Below, piece after piece: positions 29,588 to 40,254 of a stretch of 64,000 bases of DNA (positions within the stretch are counted from its first letter, which is position 1; the number at the start of each line of letters is the position of its first letter). The position numbers and the translations under genes were made by a program. The stretch covers positions 1,920,001 through 1,984,000 of the forward strand of contig CAWGLD010000001.1 in the NCBI GenBank assembly GCA_963823335.1, read 5' to 3'. The notes below the pieces were generated by a model that saw only the letters and a list, made by a program, of their open reading frames with translations, was not told the origin of the DNA and did not search any database. Source of the stretch: an uncultured delta proteobacterium (GTDB lineage: Bacteria; Desulfobacterota; Desulfobacteria; Desulfobacterales; B30-G6).

Positions 29588-31186
29588 ATGAGAAGACAGA
29601 TTTCAATGATAGCAATGATAGCAATATGTGTCGTATGCCTCGCAGGAGCCATTGCTTTGGCCGGTCCCAAGGATGTCGTCAAAATCGGCCTGCAGTACGA
29701 CCCCGGTACTTTGAACATGTTTCAGATGAAAACGGGCATCGAAATACCGGCGATTTTGCCCATGTATCAGTTGTTGATGGTCACCGACCCATTTACCGGG
29801 GAACGCACCTTTGAATCTTCCTTGACAGAATCGGCCGAGGTTCTGGAAAACGGCAAGGATGTCAAGTTTAAAATAGTCAGGGGCAACACCTTCCACACCG
29901 GAGATCCGGTGACGGCCCACGATGTCAAGTTTACCTACGAACAATGCGCCAACCCGTCCAACGCCAATCTGATGGCCGGACCGCTGGACGAGATCGAGGA
30001 CATCGAAATCATAGATGACTACACTTTTATTTTCCGCTTTTACGAACCCTATGCTGCCTGGCAAGAACTGCTGTGGATCGGGATCTGTTCCCAGAAATAC
30101 TACGAAAAAGTGGGTCCGGAAGAATTCGGCAAACGTCCGTGGGCAGCGGTCCCTTTAAATTTGTGGAACGCAAAATCGGCGAGTTCATCACCCTGAAAGC
30201 CGACCCGAACTATCGTTGGACATTACAGGTGCCCTACACCGACCCGAATACCGGGGAGAAAAAGACAAAAGCCGTGGAAGAAAAGGTCGATTTCGGCACG
30301 CTGATGTTTATTACGGTGCCCGACGATGTCACGCGTATGGCCATGCTGGAAACCGGTGAACTGGATCTGATAACAGACATCCTTCCCCAGCATGTGAAGA
30401 GGCTCAAACGGAACAAAAACGTTGTCATCAAGAGAGACACCACCCAGCCGAGTTTGTATGCGTTGTTTTCCAAGGCGGATAATTATCCCAATATTCAAGG
30501 ATGGTAAATTTGCATTGTCCTTTACCTACGCAATTAACCGGCAGGAGCTCGTTGACAGAATATTTCTAGGAGAAGGCTACCCCCTGTACATGTTCGCCAG
30601 CAAATCCGAGTTGGGATACGACACCGAACGTTGTATACGAATTCGATCCGGACAGGGCCCGACAGTTGGTCCAGGAATCCAGTTACAAGCCCGGCATCCC
30701 CCATCATTTTGACCTATACCAGCGCGGTTCCCAATGCCGACCGGTGGCGGCGACCATTCGAAATATATGAAGGACGTGGGGGTCACGATCAAACTGCAGA
30801 AGCTGGAAGCCGGTACGCAGGCCACCTATTCCAGAAACAGGGATCCAAGAGAGGGGCACATGACACTGGGTATGCCTGGGCCGGCGGACGAGACCGAGCA
30901 CACGGCTGTTGCTGACGATGCCGTCCAACAGCATTTATAATGCCTGGAAGACGCGCAAAGCCCAGAAACAGATCGATGAGCTGACATGTGCCAGGCAAAG
31001 GAAACCGACAAGGAAAAACGCCTGGCCCTTTTGAATGAGCTGCACGCCTTGCTGAGAGAGGAACCCTCGGCCCCGGTGCTGTTCGGCTTGAACGAGATCT
31101 ATGCCATGCAGGACAGGATTGACTACGACTGGCTGCCAGGGGACTCGTTTGTGTTGAATGTGAATCGGATAAAAATTGTCAAGTGA
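29588..31186 (+). CDS. ABC transporter substrate-binding protein, family 5 (Opp/Dpp-like); multiple frameshifts
   Basis: Signal peptide; FHTGDPVTAHDVKFT, GSGPFKF, LETGELDL and YAINRQELVD motifs across successive frames. Confidence 0.82.
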
Positions 31187-31207
31187 GGGTATTTCCGGCT
31201 GACCATA

Positions 31208-31270
31208 AAAAGCAAGAATTGAAACGCCAATAGCAAGGATGGAAAAGACATTGTATTCCAATCGTATTAA
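31208..31270 (+). promoter_or_regulatory. Putative AraC-type binding site/promoter, copy 2
   Basis: AGCAAG twice, 21 bp apart, followed by aatcgtatta as in copy 1. Confidence 0.55.
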
Positions 31271-31325
31271 CATGTCTTCTTACCAAATTAGCTAACTTCT
31301 ATAGCAATGAATACAGGAGGGATCT

Positions 31326-32152
31326 GTGGCCTGGTTAGAGTATGGACATGTGAAGATCTATTATGAAGACGTGGGTGAAGGCGAACCGATTATCACCAGT
31401 CACGGTCTGATGGAGGACTGCGGGTATTGGAGCGAGACCGGGATGACTACCAGACTGGCCGAAGGCTATCGAGTGATTTCCATGGATATGCGGGGCCACG
31501 GGCGCACCGTGGTCGACGGTGAGCCTTACGGCTTCGATGTTGGGACCATAGCCAATGATTTCAGCGTTCTGGCGGATGCCCTCGGTCTGGACCGCTTCCA
31601 CATACTACTCACGCCACCGGCGGCATGGCTGCCGTGCGGTATGCCATGACCACCTCGGAGCGATTCGTCAGCCTGATGCTGACCGACACTAGTTCGGCCA
31701 CGGCTGGGGAGTTTCCCGGTGTTAGGATACGGATGAGATGCGCAAGGGTCATCAAATGGTGGCCGAGCCCGTAAAGCCGCCACGGTTGAGGAGTGGATGA
31801 CCCTGGCCATGCCGATCCCGGCCCGTTTCTTTTCAAGATGGCCAAACATCCCGACCGTGAGCGCATGTGGACACTGTGTGGGGTTTCCGCGCACGATGCG
31901 GTGGCCATCAGAACTTCATGATGAGTTTTTATACCGATCCCAGCCCCATGGTGGAGGGCCTCCGGCAGATCCAGTCCCCGACCCTGGTACTGCTCGGTGA
32001 ATTCGACATCGTATCCCTAGGGCCCAGCAACGTATTCACGCGCGAAATCCCGGGTGCCCGACACGTCATTCTGGATGGCATCGGCCACATGACGGCTATC
32101 GAGGATGCGGCGAGGACGGGTTCGAGGGATCTCGGTTTTCGTGGACGGTTAG
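31326..32152 (+). CDS. Alpha/beta hydrolase fold protein, heavily frameshifted; end approximate
   Basis: GEGEPII.SHG, DMRGHGRT, PTLVLLGEFD and GHMT motifs. Confidence 0.75.
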
Positions 32153-32291
32153 CCAATGAGCCATGTGCAGCAAACCGTCGGCTCGCAGATAAAAGCTTAC
32201 TGCGGAATGCTACAGCTATACCTAAAAAGATACGCCATCTGGCATTCCGGGACAGGTATCACCTGGAACTCCTCAGGAAAGAGGTACTGTT

Positions 32292-33107
32292 ATGACGGCC
32301 CACCCCGCTTTCACAAAGTCGAGAGCGACGGACCAGTGGTCATCTGGAAGTCGACAATCCTCCCCGGAATTTGGCCACCATCGATACATGACTGAGCTGG
32401 TCTCGCTGGTGGAAGCATTCAATCAGGCGCCCAACTACACGTCGGGATATTAACCAGTGCTATCCCCGGTATGTTTATTCAGCATTTGGATGTGTCGGTG
32501 ATTTGGTGTGGGCCGATCCATTCGCGGGACCTTCCAGAAGAGATCGTGGGAGGGTTGCGACCCTCCCCCGCCGCGGGTATTGGAGATCATACCTCCAAAC
32601 CGGTTTCTGTTCTATTAACGGGCCCGTGGAGGGCGGGGGCTGTGAAATGGCCGGGGTGTGACTTCGGGTTTATTTCCAGGGATGCCTTTATGGGACAGTC
32701 GGAGGTGGATGGCGGTATTATACCCGGTGACGGGGGCACCCAGCGCCTGGCCAGGCTGGTCGGTGCCGGGCCATGGAGCTGTGCATGACCGGCCGCAGGG
32801 TGAGCCCCGAAGAAACTAAACGGCTCGGTCTGGTGACGGCTGTGTGTGAGCCCAAGGCACTCCATGCCCACGGTGATGGCTTTCGCCCATGATCTTGCGG
32901 CCAAACCGACGCTTGCCATGGCAAACCTGAAGAAAGCCATTTATCAAGGCAGCAGTATACCCCTGCCCGACGGTCTTGTGCTGGAAAGGAGTTGTGTTTG
33001 AATCCCTGCACAGTGACGACGCCATCCATATCATGCGTCTGTATGTGGCTGCCGGGCAGGACCCTGAAAGATGCTCGCTCTGGTGGGGGGGTGGGCCCGG
33101 ATGCTGA
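32292..33107 (+). CDS. Enoyl-CoA hydratase/isomerase family protein, heavily garbled; end approximate
   Basis: PGMFIQH.DV and GQSEV..GIIPG.GGTQRLARLVG fragments. Confidence 0.65.
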
Positions 33108-33153
33108 AAAATGGCGGGGCTGGTGGTAAGGGCCCAGAGTGAGGAGATCAACC

Positions 33154-34758
33154 ATGACCGACGAGCCCCAGTTGGTTTTCTAGCGGACCTAATCGAGCAC
33201 AACGCCGGAGTGTTGGGCGATAAACCCTACATTATCTACGATGAGGAGATAATCAGTTTTGCGGAGTATTATGAATGGACCTGCCGGGCTGCCAACGGTC
33301 TGGCCGCTCAGGGAGCCATGGCTGGGGACGGCGTGGCGATTCTGATGGGCAACTGCCCGGAGTACCTTTATCTCTTTTACGGGCTGGGCATGGGTGGCTA
33401 TTACAGCGTTCCGGTAAATGTTTCCCTGAGAGGTGACGGCCTGCAATTTATCCTGACCCACTCGGATGTAAAATACCTGGTGGTGGACGACACCCTCTAC
33501 CCCAAGGTGGTGGAACTTGAATAACCCCTGGGTTCGATCAAAAAAATATTTGTCCGCCGTACTACCGATCATGCCCTGCCAGGGGACCATCGATCTCCAG
33601 GAACTGCTGAACGCCTCTTCTGAAAAACCGGATCATACCATAGAGGATGGTGCCATGGCTTACCTGATGTACACCTCGGGGACGACGGGTTTTCCCAAGG
33701 GGGTCGTCAACCGCAACCGGGCAGGCATGGTGGAATTTTTTCGGATGTGGACGTCCATGATCATCAACAAGGAGGAAGATACCCTCTATACGGCCCTGCC
33801 GTTGTTTCATGCCAACGCCCTGATTTTGACCGCCGGTTGGGCCATGGCCGGTGAAGTTTCCTTTGGGTTGGACAAAAGTTTTCGGCATCCAGATTCTGGG
33901 ACCGTATCCGGCATTACGGCGCCACCCAGTTCAATGCCATCGGCGCCATGATCCCCATATTGATGAAACAGCCGGAACGGCCCGACGATGGCGATAATCC
34001 CGTTAGAATCGTGACACTCGGCCGCCTGTCCGGCCAACCTGTGGGAGGCCTTCGAAAAACGGTTCAATGTCAAGCTCTGGGAAGGTTACGGCGCGGTGGA
34101 TGGCGGCGGGGTCATCATTTCAAACTCCGGAGATGCGCCGGTGGGTTCGGTGGGCAAACTCGCACCGCATGTGGTGTGGAAACTGGTGGATGATGACGGC
34201 AACGAGGTAGCCCGGGGGGAGCCCGGCGAGCTGATCACCCAGGTCCTGGACAAAAAGACCGGCGGGGTGGAGTATTACAAAAACCCCGAAGCCACCTCGG
34301 ACAAGATAAAAGGTGAGTGGCTGCACAGTGGCGATCTGTTTTATGCGGACAAGGAGGGCAACCTTTTTTTTGTGGACCGCAAGTCGGATTCCATGCGCCG
34401 GCGGGGGGAAAACATCTCTTCGTGGGAAGTTGAAAATGTGCTGGAAAAACACCCGGCCGTGGCCATATGTGCAGCGTTTGGTGTGCCCTCCGAACTGGGT
34501 GAAGACGAGGTCATGATCTGGGTCAAACCCGTGGAAGGCATGGAAACGGATCTCGAGGAGCTGATGCGCTTTTGCGGGGACAACATGGCGCATTTCATGG
34601 TTCCCCGTTATGTGGACGTGGTGGATGACATCCCGCGCACCGGTACCTTGAGGGTTCAGAAAGCCGAGATGAAAAAGCGCGGCGTGACCGACCGAACCTG
34701 GGATCGGGAAAAGGAGATGACGGGCTGGGTAAAACGGATCCAAGGGGTAGCGGATTGA
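33154..34758 (+). CDS. AMP-forming acyl-CoA ligase (CaiC-like), frameshifted
   Basis: YTSGTTGFPKG, LPLFHANA and HSGD...RRRGENISSWEVE...PSELGEDEV motifs across ORFs 33111, 33517, 33948 and 34096. Confidence 0.85.
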
Positions 34759-34862
34759 AGGGTTCGAACCATAGTGTTTATTGGTTTCGTTGGGTTGGTG
34801 GAACGGGTTAGCGTTGACGATTTTAATCCGAGTGCCATGAACAACACAATGAACCCAATGAT
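34737..34862. repeat. Short-period (8-9 nt) degenerate repeat hairpin, family E
   Basis: gtttattgg/tttcgttgg/gttgg units opposite atgaacaac/acaatgaac/ccaatg; same units recur at 60518-60615. Confidence 0.55.
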
Positions 34863-34874
34863 GGGAAAAAACAT

Positions 34875-35686
34875 ATGCAAGAACTGAAAGGCAGCGTGGC
34901 AGCAGTTACGGGAGCGGCCTCGGGTATCGGCCGCAGTCTGGCAATTCATCTGGCCCGGGAAGGTTGCGGTCTGGCCCTGGCGGACATCGATCAGGAGGGC
35001 CTGAAACAGACGGTCGAAATGATCGAGAACAGCGGGAACAAAATCACCACTCATGTTGTGAATGTCGCCGATCGCGGGCAGGTGTACCAGTTTGCGGAGG
35101 ATTGTCGATCAGCCGGCATGGTAAAGCGAATATGATCATCAACAATGCCGGGGTGGCCGTGTCCGAGACTCTGGAGGATCTTACCTATGAGGATTTCGAG
35201 TGGCTCATGGGAATCAACCTGTGGGGCGTGATTTACGGTTCCAAGGCCTTTCTGCCCTATTTGAAGCGTCAGCCCGAAGGTCACATCGTTAATATTTCGA
35301 GTGTGAATGGGCTTTTTACGTGGCGAAACAACGGACCCTATTGCACCAGCAAATTTGCGGTCAGGGGCTTTACCCTGACCCTGTGCCAGGAGTTGAAGGA
35401 CACAAATGTTCGGGTTTCCTGTGTGCACCCCGGCGGGATAAAAACCAACATCGCCCGCAATACCCGTTTTTTCAAGGGATCTGATCCCGATTTGAGCCAC
35501 GATGAAGCGGTTGCGTATTTTGATACAAAAATGGCCAGAACGAGTGCCGAAAAAGCGGCGCAGATCATCATCAAGGGTATCAAAAAAAATAAGTCCCGTA
35601 TTCTAGTGGGTTTTGATGCCCACATCATCGATATTCTGCAGCGCCTGTTTCCGGTCATGTTTCAAAGATTGGCGGGCTTGCTTTAG
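34875..35686 (+). CDS. Short-chain dehydrogenase/reductase, frameshifted near 35100
   Basis: TGAASGIG, NNAG, NISS and YCTSK motifs. Confidence 0.9.
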
Positions 35687-35765
35687 GGTTTTGGATGATA
35701 GGGGCGCGGGCAATTGCCTGGAACTAAATAGATGAGGAATGGAGAAAGACGTAAGGAGGATAGAA

Positions 35766-38212
35766 ATGGGTAAGAAACTGTTCGAACCAATTACAATTAA
35801 CGGCATGGAACTGAAGAATAGAATAGGGTTTCCCCCGTTTCTCAACATGCCTGCCGAAGAGGGCTGCTCCATCAACGATCAGACCATTCGGTGGTTTGAG
35901 GACAGGGCCAGGGGGGGCGCCGGACTCGTGATGACCGGGGCTGTTCTTGTGGGCGAACCGGACCATGAGATGCTCCGATTAATGGGATTGACCCGTGTTG
36001 GTCTGTATGAGGATAAATTTATTGACGGTTTTGCCAGAATGGCCGACGCCGTCCATGCCCATGGCGCCAAGTTCGGTGTTCAGCTGGAAGCAATAGGCAG
36101 TGTCATCACTGGATTTGGACCTTCGCTGCCGCCGTACCCCGACCCTGAAAATCCCACGTCGGACATGCTGAAGATTCATTTTGATTTTGAAATGCCCGTG
36201 TCCGAGATTACCATCGAACAAATAGAGGGGTTTAAACAGGATTTTGCGGATGCGGCCTAAGGGCCAAGACGGCCGGGTGTGACTGTGTGGAACTCCATTG
36301 CGCCCATGGCGGTGCAACCCTGAATTGCGGATTTATCTCTCCTTATTACAACAGACGTACGGACCAGTATGGCGGCAGCTGGGAAAACAGGCTCCGTCTT
36401 TCTACGGAAATCCTCCAGAAAATGAGAGACGCGGTAGGTCCGGATTTCCCCATACTGGTGAGAATTGACAGTGATCAATTGCTGGGGGACAAGGGGATCA
36501 CCTTAAAGGATACCATCGAGCACGTTGTCCCGGCAATGGAGAAAGCCGGAGCGGACTGTCTTGACGTTTCCCAGGGAGACATGCTCCGGTCCGGGCAAGG
36601 TATCCTGATACCCCTGTACTATTCGAGGGGATGTTTTATGGATTATACGGCCCAGGTTAAACAGGCCACCAAATTGCCCGTGATCGGTGTGGGAAGAATT
36701 GTGGATCTCGACATGGCCGAGCAGCTTCTGGAAGAAGAAAAGGCGGATATGATCTATCTGGGAAGACAGCTCACTTCCGATCCGGATACACCCATTAAAT
36801 ATCTGGAGGGGAAGGCGGACGAGATTCGAAAATGCATCGGCTGCAACGTCGCCTGCGGGCCCTGCCCGATTAATTATGAAATACACCAGGAACACACTCC
36901 GCTGACCCCGGCTGAATCTGCTAAAAAGATACTCGTCATCGGCGGTGGTGTCGGGGGAATGGAAGCGGCCCGGGTTTGTGCCCTGAGGGGGCATAACGTG
37001 ACGATCATGGAAAGAAATGCCAGGCTTGGCGGCACCGTCGGATCCCTGGCCCTGGACCCGTTGAATGCTGAGTTCGGGAATTTTACCGAGTATCTTGGCA
37101 TTCAGATGGAAAAATTGAATGTGGATGTAAAACTGGGCCAAGAGGCAACTGAAGCCGATATCGATGACCTGAACCCTGACGTGGTGATTCTGGCAACAGG
37201 TGCTTCTTTGAAAATACCTGACGTGGCCAAGGGAAAACCCGGCGTAATCGATCATATCGAGGCCCTGGAGAAAAGGAGTGAAATCGGTCAGCGTGTGGTC
37301 GTTTGGGGGTTGATGTACGGTGCTGAGCTGGCAATCTCCCTTGCCATTGAGGGAAAGGCGGTTACCCTCATTGGGGAGGCGGGTGAAAAAACCATGGCCA
37401 GCCATGCCTCCAACGCACGCAAGGATTGGATCTGGAGAAAACTAACCGATATCAATTATGCCAGGGAAACTCCGGAGACCAAACGGGTGGATAATCCGGT
37501 GGTGAGGCTGAATGTGAAGGTCAAGGGTATAACGCCTGATGGGATAGAGATTGAAGACAAGGATGGCACCAAAAGTATTTTACCCTATGACACGCTCGTC
37601 ATTTCGAGGGGCAGAAAGAAAAACGACTCACTTTATGAAAAAATCGAGGGCAAGACGGCTGACGTCTATAAAATAGGAGACTGTGCCGCTGCAGGGGATA
37701 TTCAGAAAGCAGTCTGGAGCGCCAACGAGGTGACCCGCAAAATAGGGATGCCGGGTACGACACAGGCAGATGAAAGTGGATCCGCTGCGACTGGGCCAAC
37801 CCTGAGTCCGAATGAGTTCAAGAAGCTCTTTACCGCAAAGACCAACGAAGAGATATTGACCCTGACCAAGGGCAATGAGGAAACACTGCTGGACGGCGTG
37901 TTCGACGCTATGAAGGCGGGTTTTAACCCTTCCAAGGCTGCTGGTCAGAGTGCGGTGATTCAATACATCATCGACAGCCCCGCCGGAGAGATGCACTACC
38001 ACCTGAACGTGGAAGAGGGGGCCTGCGGTCTGGCAAAGGGACCTGCCGAAAACCCGCGGGTGACCCTGGCCTTCAGCCTGCCTAATTTTTTGCGTATGGT
38101 CACCGGCGAATTGAACGGCATGCAGGCATTCACGTCCGGCAAGTTGAAGATTACAGGAGATCTAATGTTTTCCCAGGTTCTGGCCACTTGGTTCAGTGGG
38201 CCTGGTGAATAA
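35766..38212 (+). CDS. NADH:flavin oxidoreductase (OYE / 2,4-dienoyl-CoA reductase architecture) fused to a C-terminal SCP2 lipid-binding domain; frameshift at ~36258
   Basis: LFEPITING.ELKNRI, NRRTDQYGGS.ENR, CIGCNVACGPC, GGGVGGMEAA; C-terminal FNPSKA.G..AVIQY...AFTSGKLKITGD is an SCP2-type signature. Confidence 0.88.
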
Positions 38213-38213
38213 A

Positions 38214-38258
38214 TGTAAGCCTTAAGCTATAGGCCGCTAACAGCTAACAGCTTATCGC
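38214..38258. repeat. Short-period repeat hairpin, family E
   Basis: taagccttaagct...gctaacagctaacagcttatcgc; shares the terminal acagcttatcgc with 5068-5118. Confidence 0.55.
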
Positions 38259-38276
38259 CTTGCAAAGGAGTAAATA

Positions 38277-38801
38277 ATGGCCCGTGTAAAACTGCTGGAG
38301 AAAGCAGAAGTGGATCCAACAACAAGAGAGATGTATCAGAAGATCGAGGACAACGGCGGTGAAGTCATCAACCTGCTCAAGGCCCTGGCGCACAGCCCCA
38401 AAATTTTTCGCGATTGGAACCGCCTGGGGATTACATTGCTGCTAAAGGGTGATCTGCCACACAAACTGCGGGAGTTGGCTATCCTGCGGGTCGGAGACCT
38501 GGCTAGGGCAAATTATGAATGGACAAAACATGTGCCCATTGCCATGCAGGCCGGCGCCAGACAGGAGCAGATCGATGCGCTCCCCAATTGGGCCGACGCA
38601 AGCTGCTTCGACGAGCAGGAGCGGGCGGTGCTGCAATACACCGACGAGGTGGCCCTGAATATCCGGGCATCCGAGGATACGTTTCAAAAGATCGCAACAT
38701 TTCTCAGCCAAAAGGAGATCATCGAACTGACCACCACCATTGGCTATTACGGGATGGTTTGTCGGACACTGGAATCTTTGCAGATTGAACTGGAAAAATA
38801 A
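38277..38801 (+). CDS. Carboxymuconolactone decarboxylase / AhpD family protein
   Basis: LAHSP, LRELAILRV....ANYEWTKH and IGYYGMV motifs. Confidence 0.85.
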   Translation: MARVKLLEKAEVDPTTREMYQKIEDNGGEVINLLKALAHSPKIFRDWNRLGITLLLKGDLPHKLRELAILRVGDLARANYEWTKHVPIAMQAGARQEQIDALPNWADASCFDEQERAVLQYTDEVALNIRASEDTFQKIATFLSQKEIIELTTTIGYYGMVCRTLESLQIELEK

Positions 38802-38844
38802 AATCGTAGAGACGATTTTATCAAAAGCGACGATGTCGCTTTTT
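38797..38844. repeat. Repeat family B, copy 5 (opposite orientation to copy 1)
   Basis: ataaaatcgt-agag-acgattttat plus aaaagcgac-gat-gtcgctttt; supplies the TAA stop at 38799-38801. Confidence 0.85.
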
Positions 38845-38945
38845 TTATAAAAAAACTTAATAAAATATCATAATAACCCATGTTGCCTAATAAGCCCCAA
38901 TCTAAGGCAAACAGCGGGGGATCAGTAAATTTGAAAGGAGAACAG

Positions 38946-40178
38946 ATGCCGTACCGAGAAATTGATTTGAACATCAGCAAGGAAGCGCTGGCCATGCAAA
39001 AAGAGGTACGTGATTTTGCTAAAAAAGTGATGCGGCCTGTGGGCATCGAGTTGGACAAACTGGCGGACCCGGCCGATGTAATTGCCGAGGGCTCCGTGTT
39101 GTGGGATGCGTTCAAAGCCTATCGCGATCTGGATCTTCACCTTCTGGGAATGCCGAAAGCGTTTGGAGGCATGGCCGAAGATCTGGACCCCATGGCGGCT
39201 TACCTCATCGGTGAGGAAATGGGCTATGGCGACGTTGGATTGGCTGTGAGTCTGGGTGTTTCCAACATGCCCTTCAATTTTGCATCCCTTTTCCAGCATG
39301 TGCCGGAATTGAAACAGATGGCTCATGACTACTGCGAAGACAAAACGGGTCAGATGATCGGATGCTGGGCCATTACAGAACCGGACCACGGCGGCGATTG
39401 GTCGCTTGGGGGTGAAAACCCCAAATGCGGACCATCCGTGACCGGGGTCCTCAAGGGAGATGAATATATCGTCAATGGGGAGAAATCGGCCTGGGTATCC
39501 AACGGCACTCTTGCCACCCATGCGGTTTTGCATGTGGGTCTGGTTCCAGAAAAAGGCATGGCCGGCTCGGGGTTGGCTATCATTCCTCTGGATCTGCCGG
39601 GTATTTCCAAAGATAAACCGTTGGACAAAATGGGTCAGCGTCCCTTGAACCAGGGCTCTATTATTTTCAAAGATGCGTGTATTCCCAAACAGTACATGGT
39701 CATTGGGGAAGAGGCCATAGAATTTATGGTGGGTATGGGTGAAACCATTCTGTCAGGTGCAAATGGCGGTATGGCGGTTATATATGCCGGACTGGCCAAG
39801 GCGGCCTTTGAGGAAGCTTTTCGATATTCCCAGGAGCGTATACAAGGAGGCGTGCCCATTTTCGAGCACCAGAACATCAAGCTGAAACTGTTCAAGATGT
39901 TTACCATGGTGGAGGCAATTCGTGCCAATTCCCGCCGGATGGCTCTGTACAATGCCGCCCATCCGGAGGCACCATCCGGCACACACGCTGTGGCGGCCAA
40001 ATGCCTGGCCACGGAGACGGCTACCTTTGTGGCCAGCGAAGCCATGCAGATTTTTGGAGGGAATGGGTTGGCCAAAGAATACCCCATCGAAAAGATGTAC
40101 CGGGATGCCCGGGCGGGTATGATCGAAGACGGTGTCAATGAGACCTTGTCGCTGGCGGCGGTGGAGTTTCTCGTTTAA
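38946..40178 (+). CDS. Acyl-CoA dehydrogenase
   Basis: CWAITEPDHG, NGEKSAWVSNG, QIFGGNG and IEDGVNE motifs; RBS AAAGGAG. Confidence 0.92.
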   Translation: MPYREIDLNISKEALAMQKEVRDFAKKVMRPVGIELDKLADPADVIAEGSVLWDAFKAYRDLDLHLLGMPKAFGGMAEDLDPMAAYLIGEEMGYGDVGLAVSLGVSNMPFNFASLFQHVPELKQMAHDYCEDKTGQMIGCWAITEPDHGGDWSLGGENPKCGPSVTGVLKGDEYIVNGEKSAWVSNGTLATHAVLHVGLVPEKGMAGSGLAIIPLDLPGISKDKPLDKMGQRPLNQGSIIFKDACIPKQYMVIGEEAIEFMVGMGETILSGANGGMAVIYAGLAKAAFEEAFRYSQERIQGGVPIFEHQNIKLKLFKMFTMVEAIRANSRRMALYNAAHPEAPSGTHAVAAKCLATETATFVASEAMQIFGGNGLAKEYPIEKMYRDARAGMIEDGVNETLSLAAVEFLV

Positions 40179-40254
40179 CAAATTTATGATCAGCTACTCC
40201 CATTCGGGGAGAAACCGGTGCCTCTACGGGGGTATCTATAAATGAGGTGAAAGA

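Noticed and set aside
36255-36290. Stop-codon readthrough or programmed frameshift in the OYE gene
   Set aside because: Adding one C (gcc cta agg gcc aag) restores DAALRAKTAG; this fits a homopolymer sequencing deletion, and no slippery site is evident
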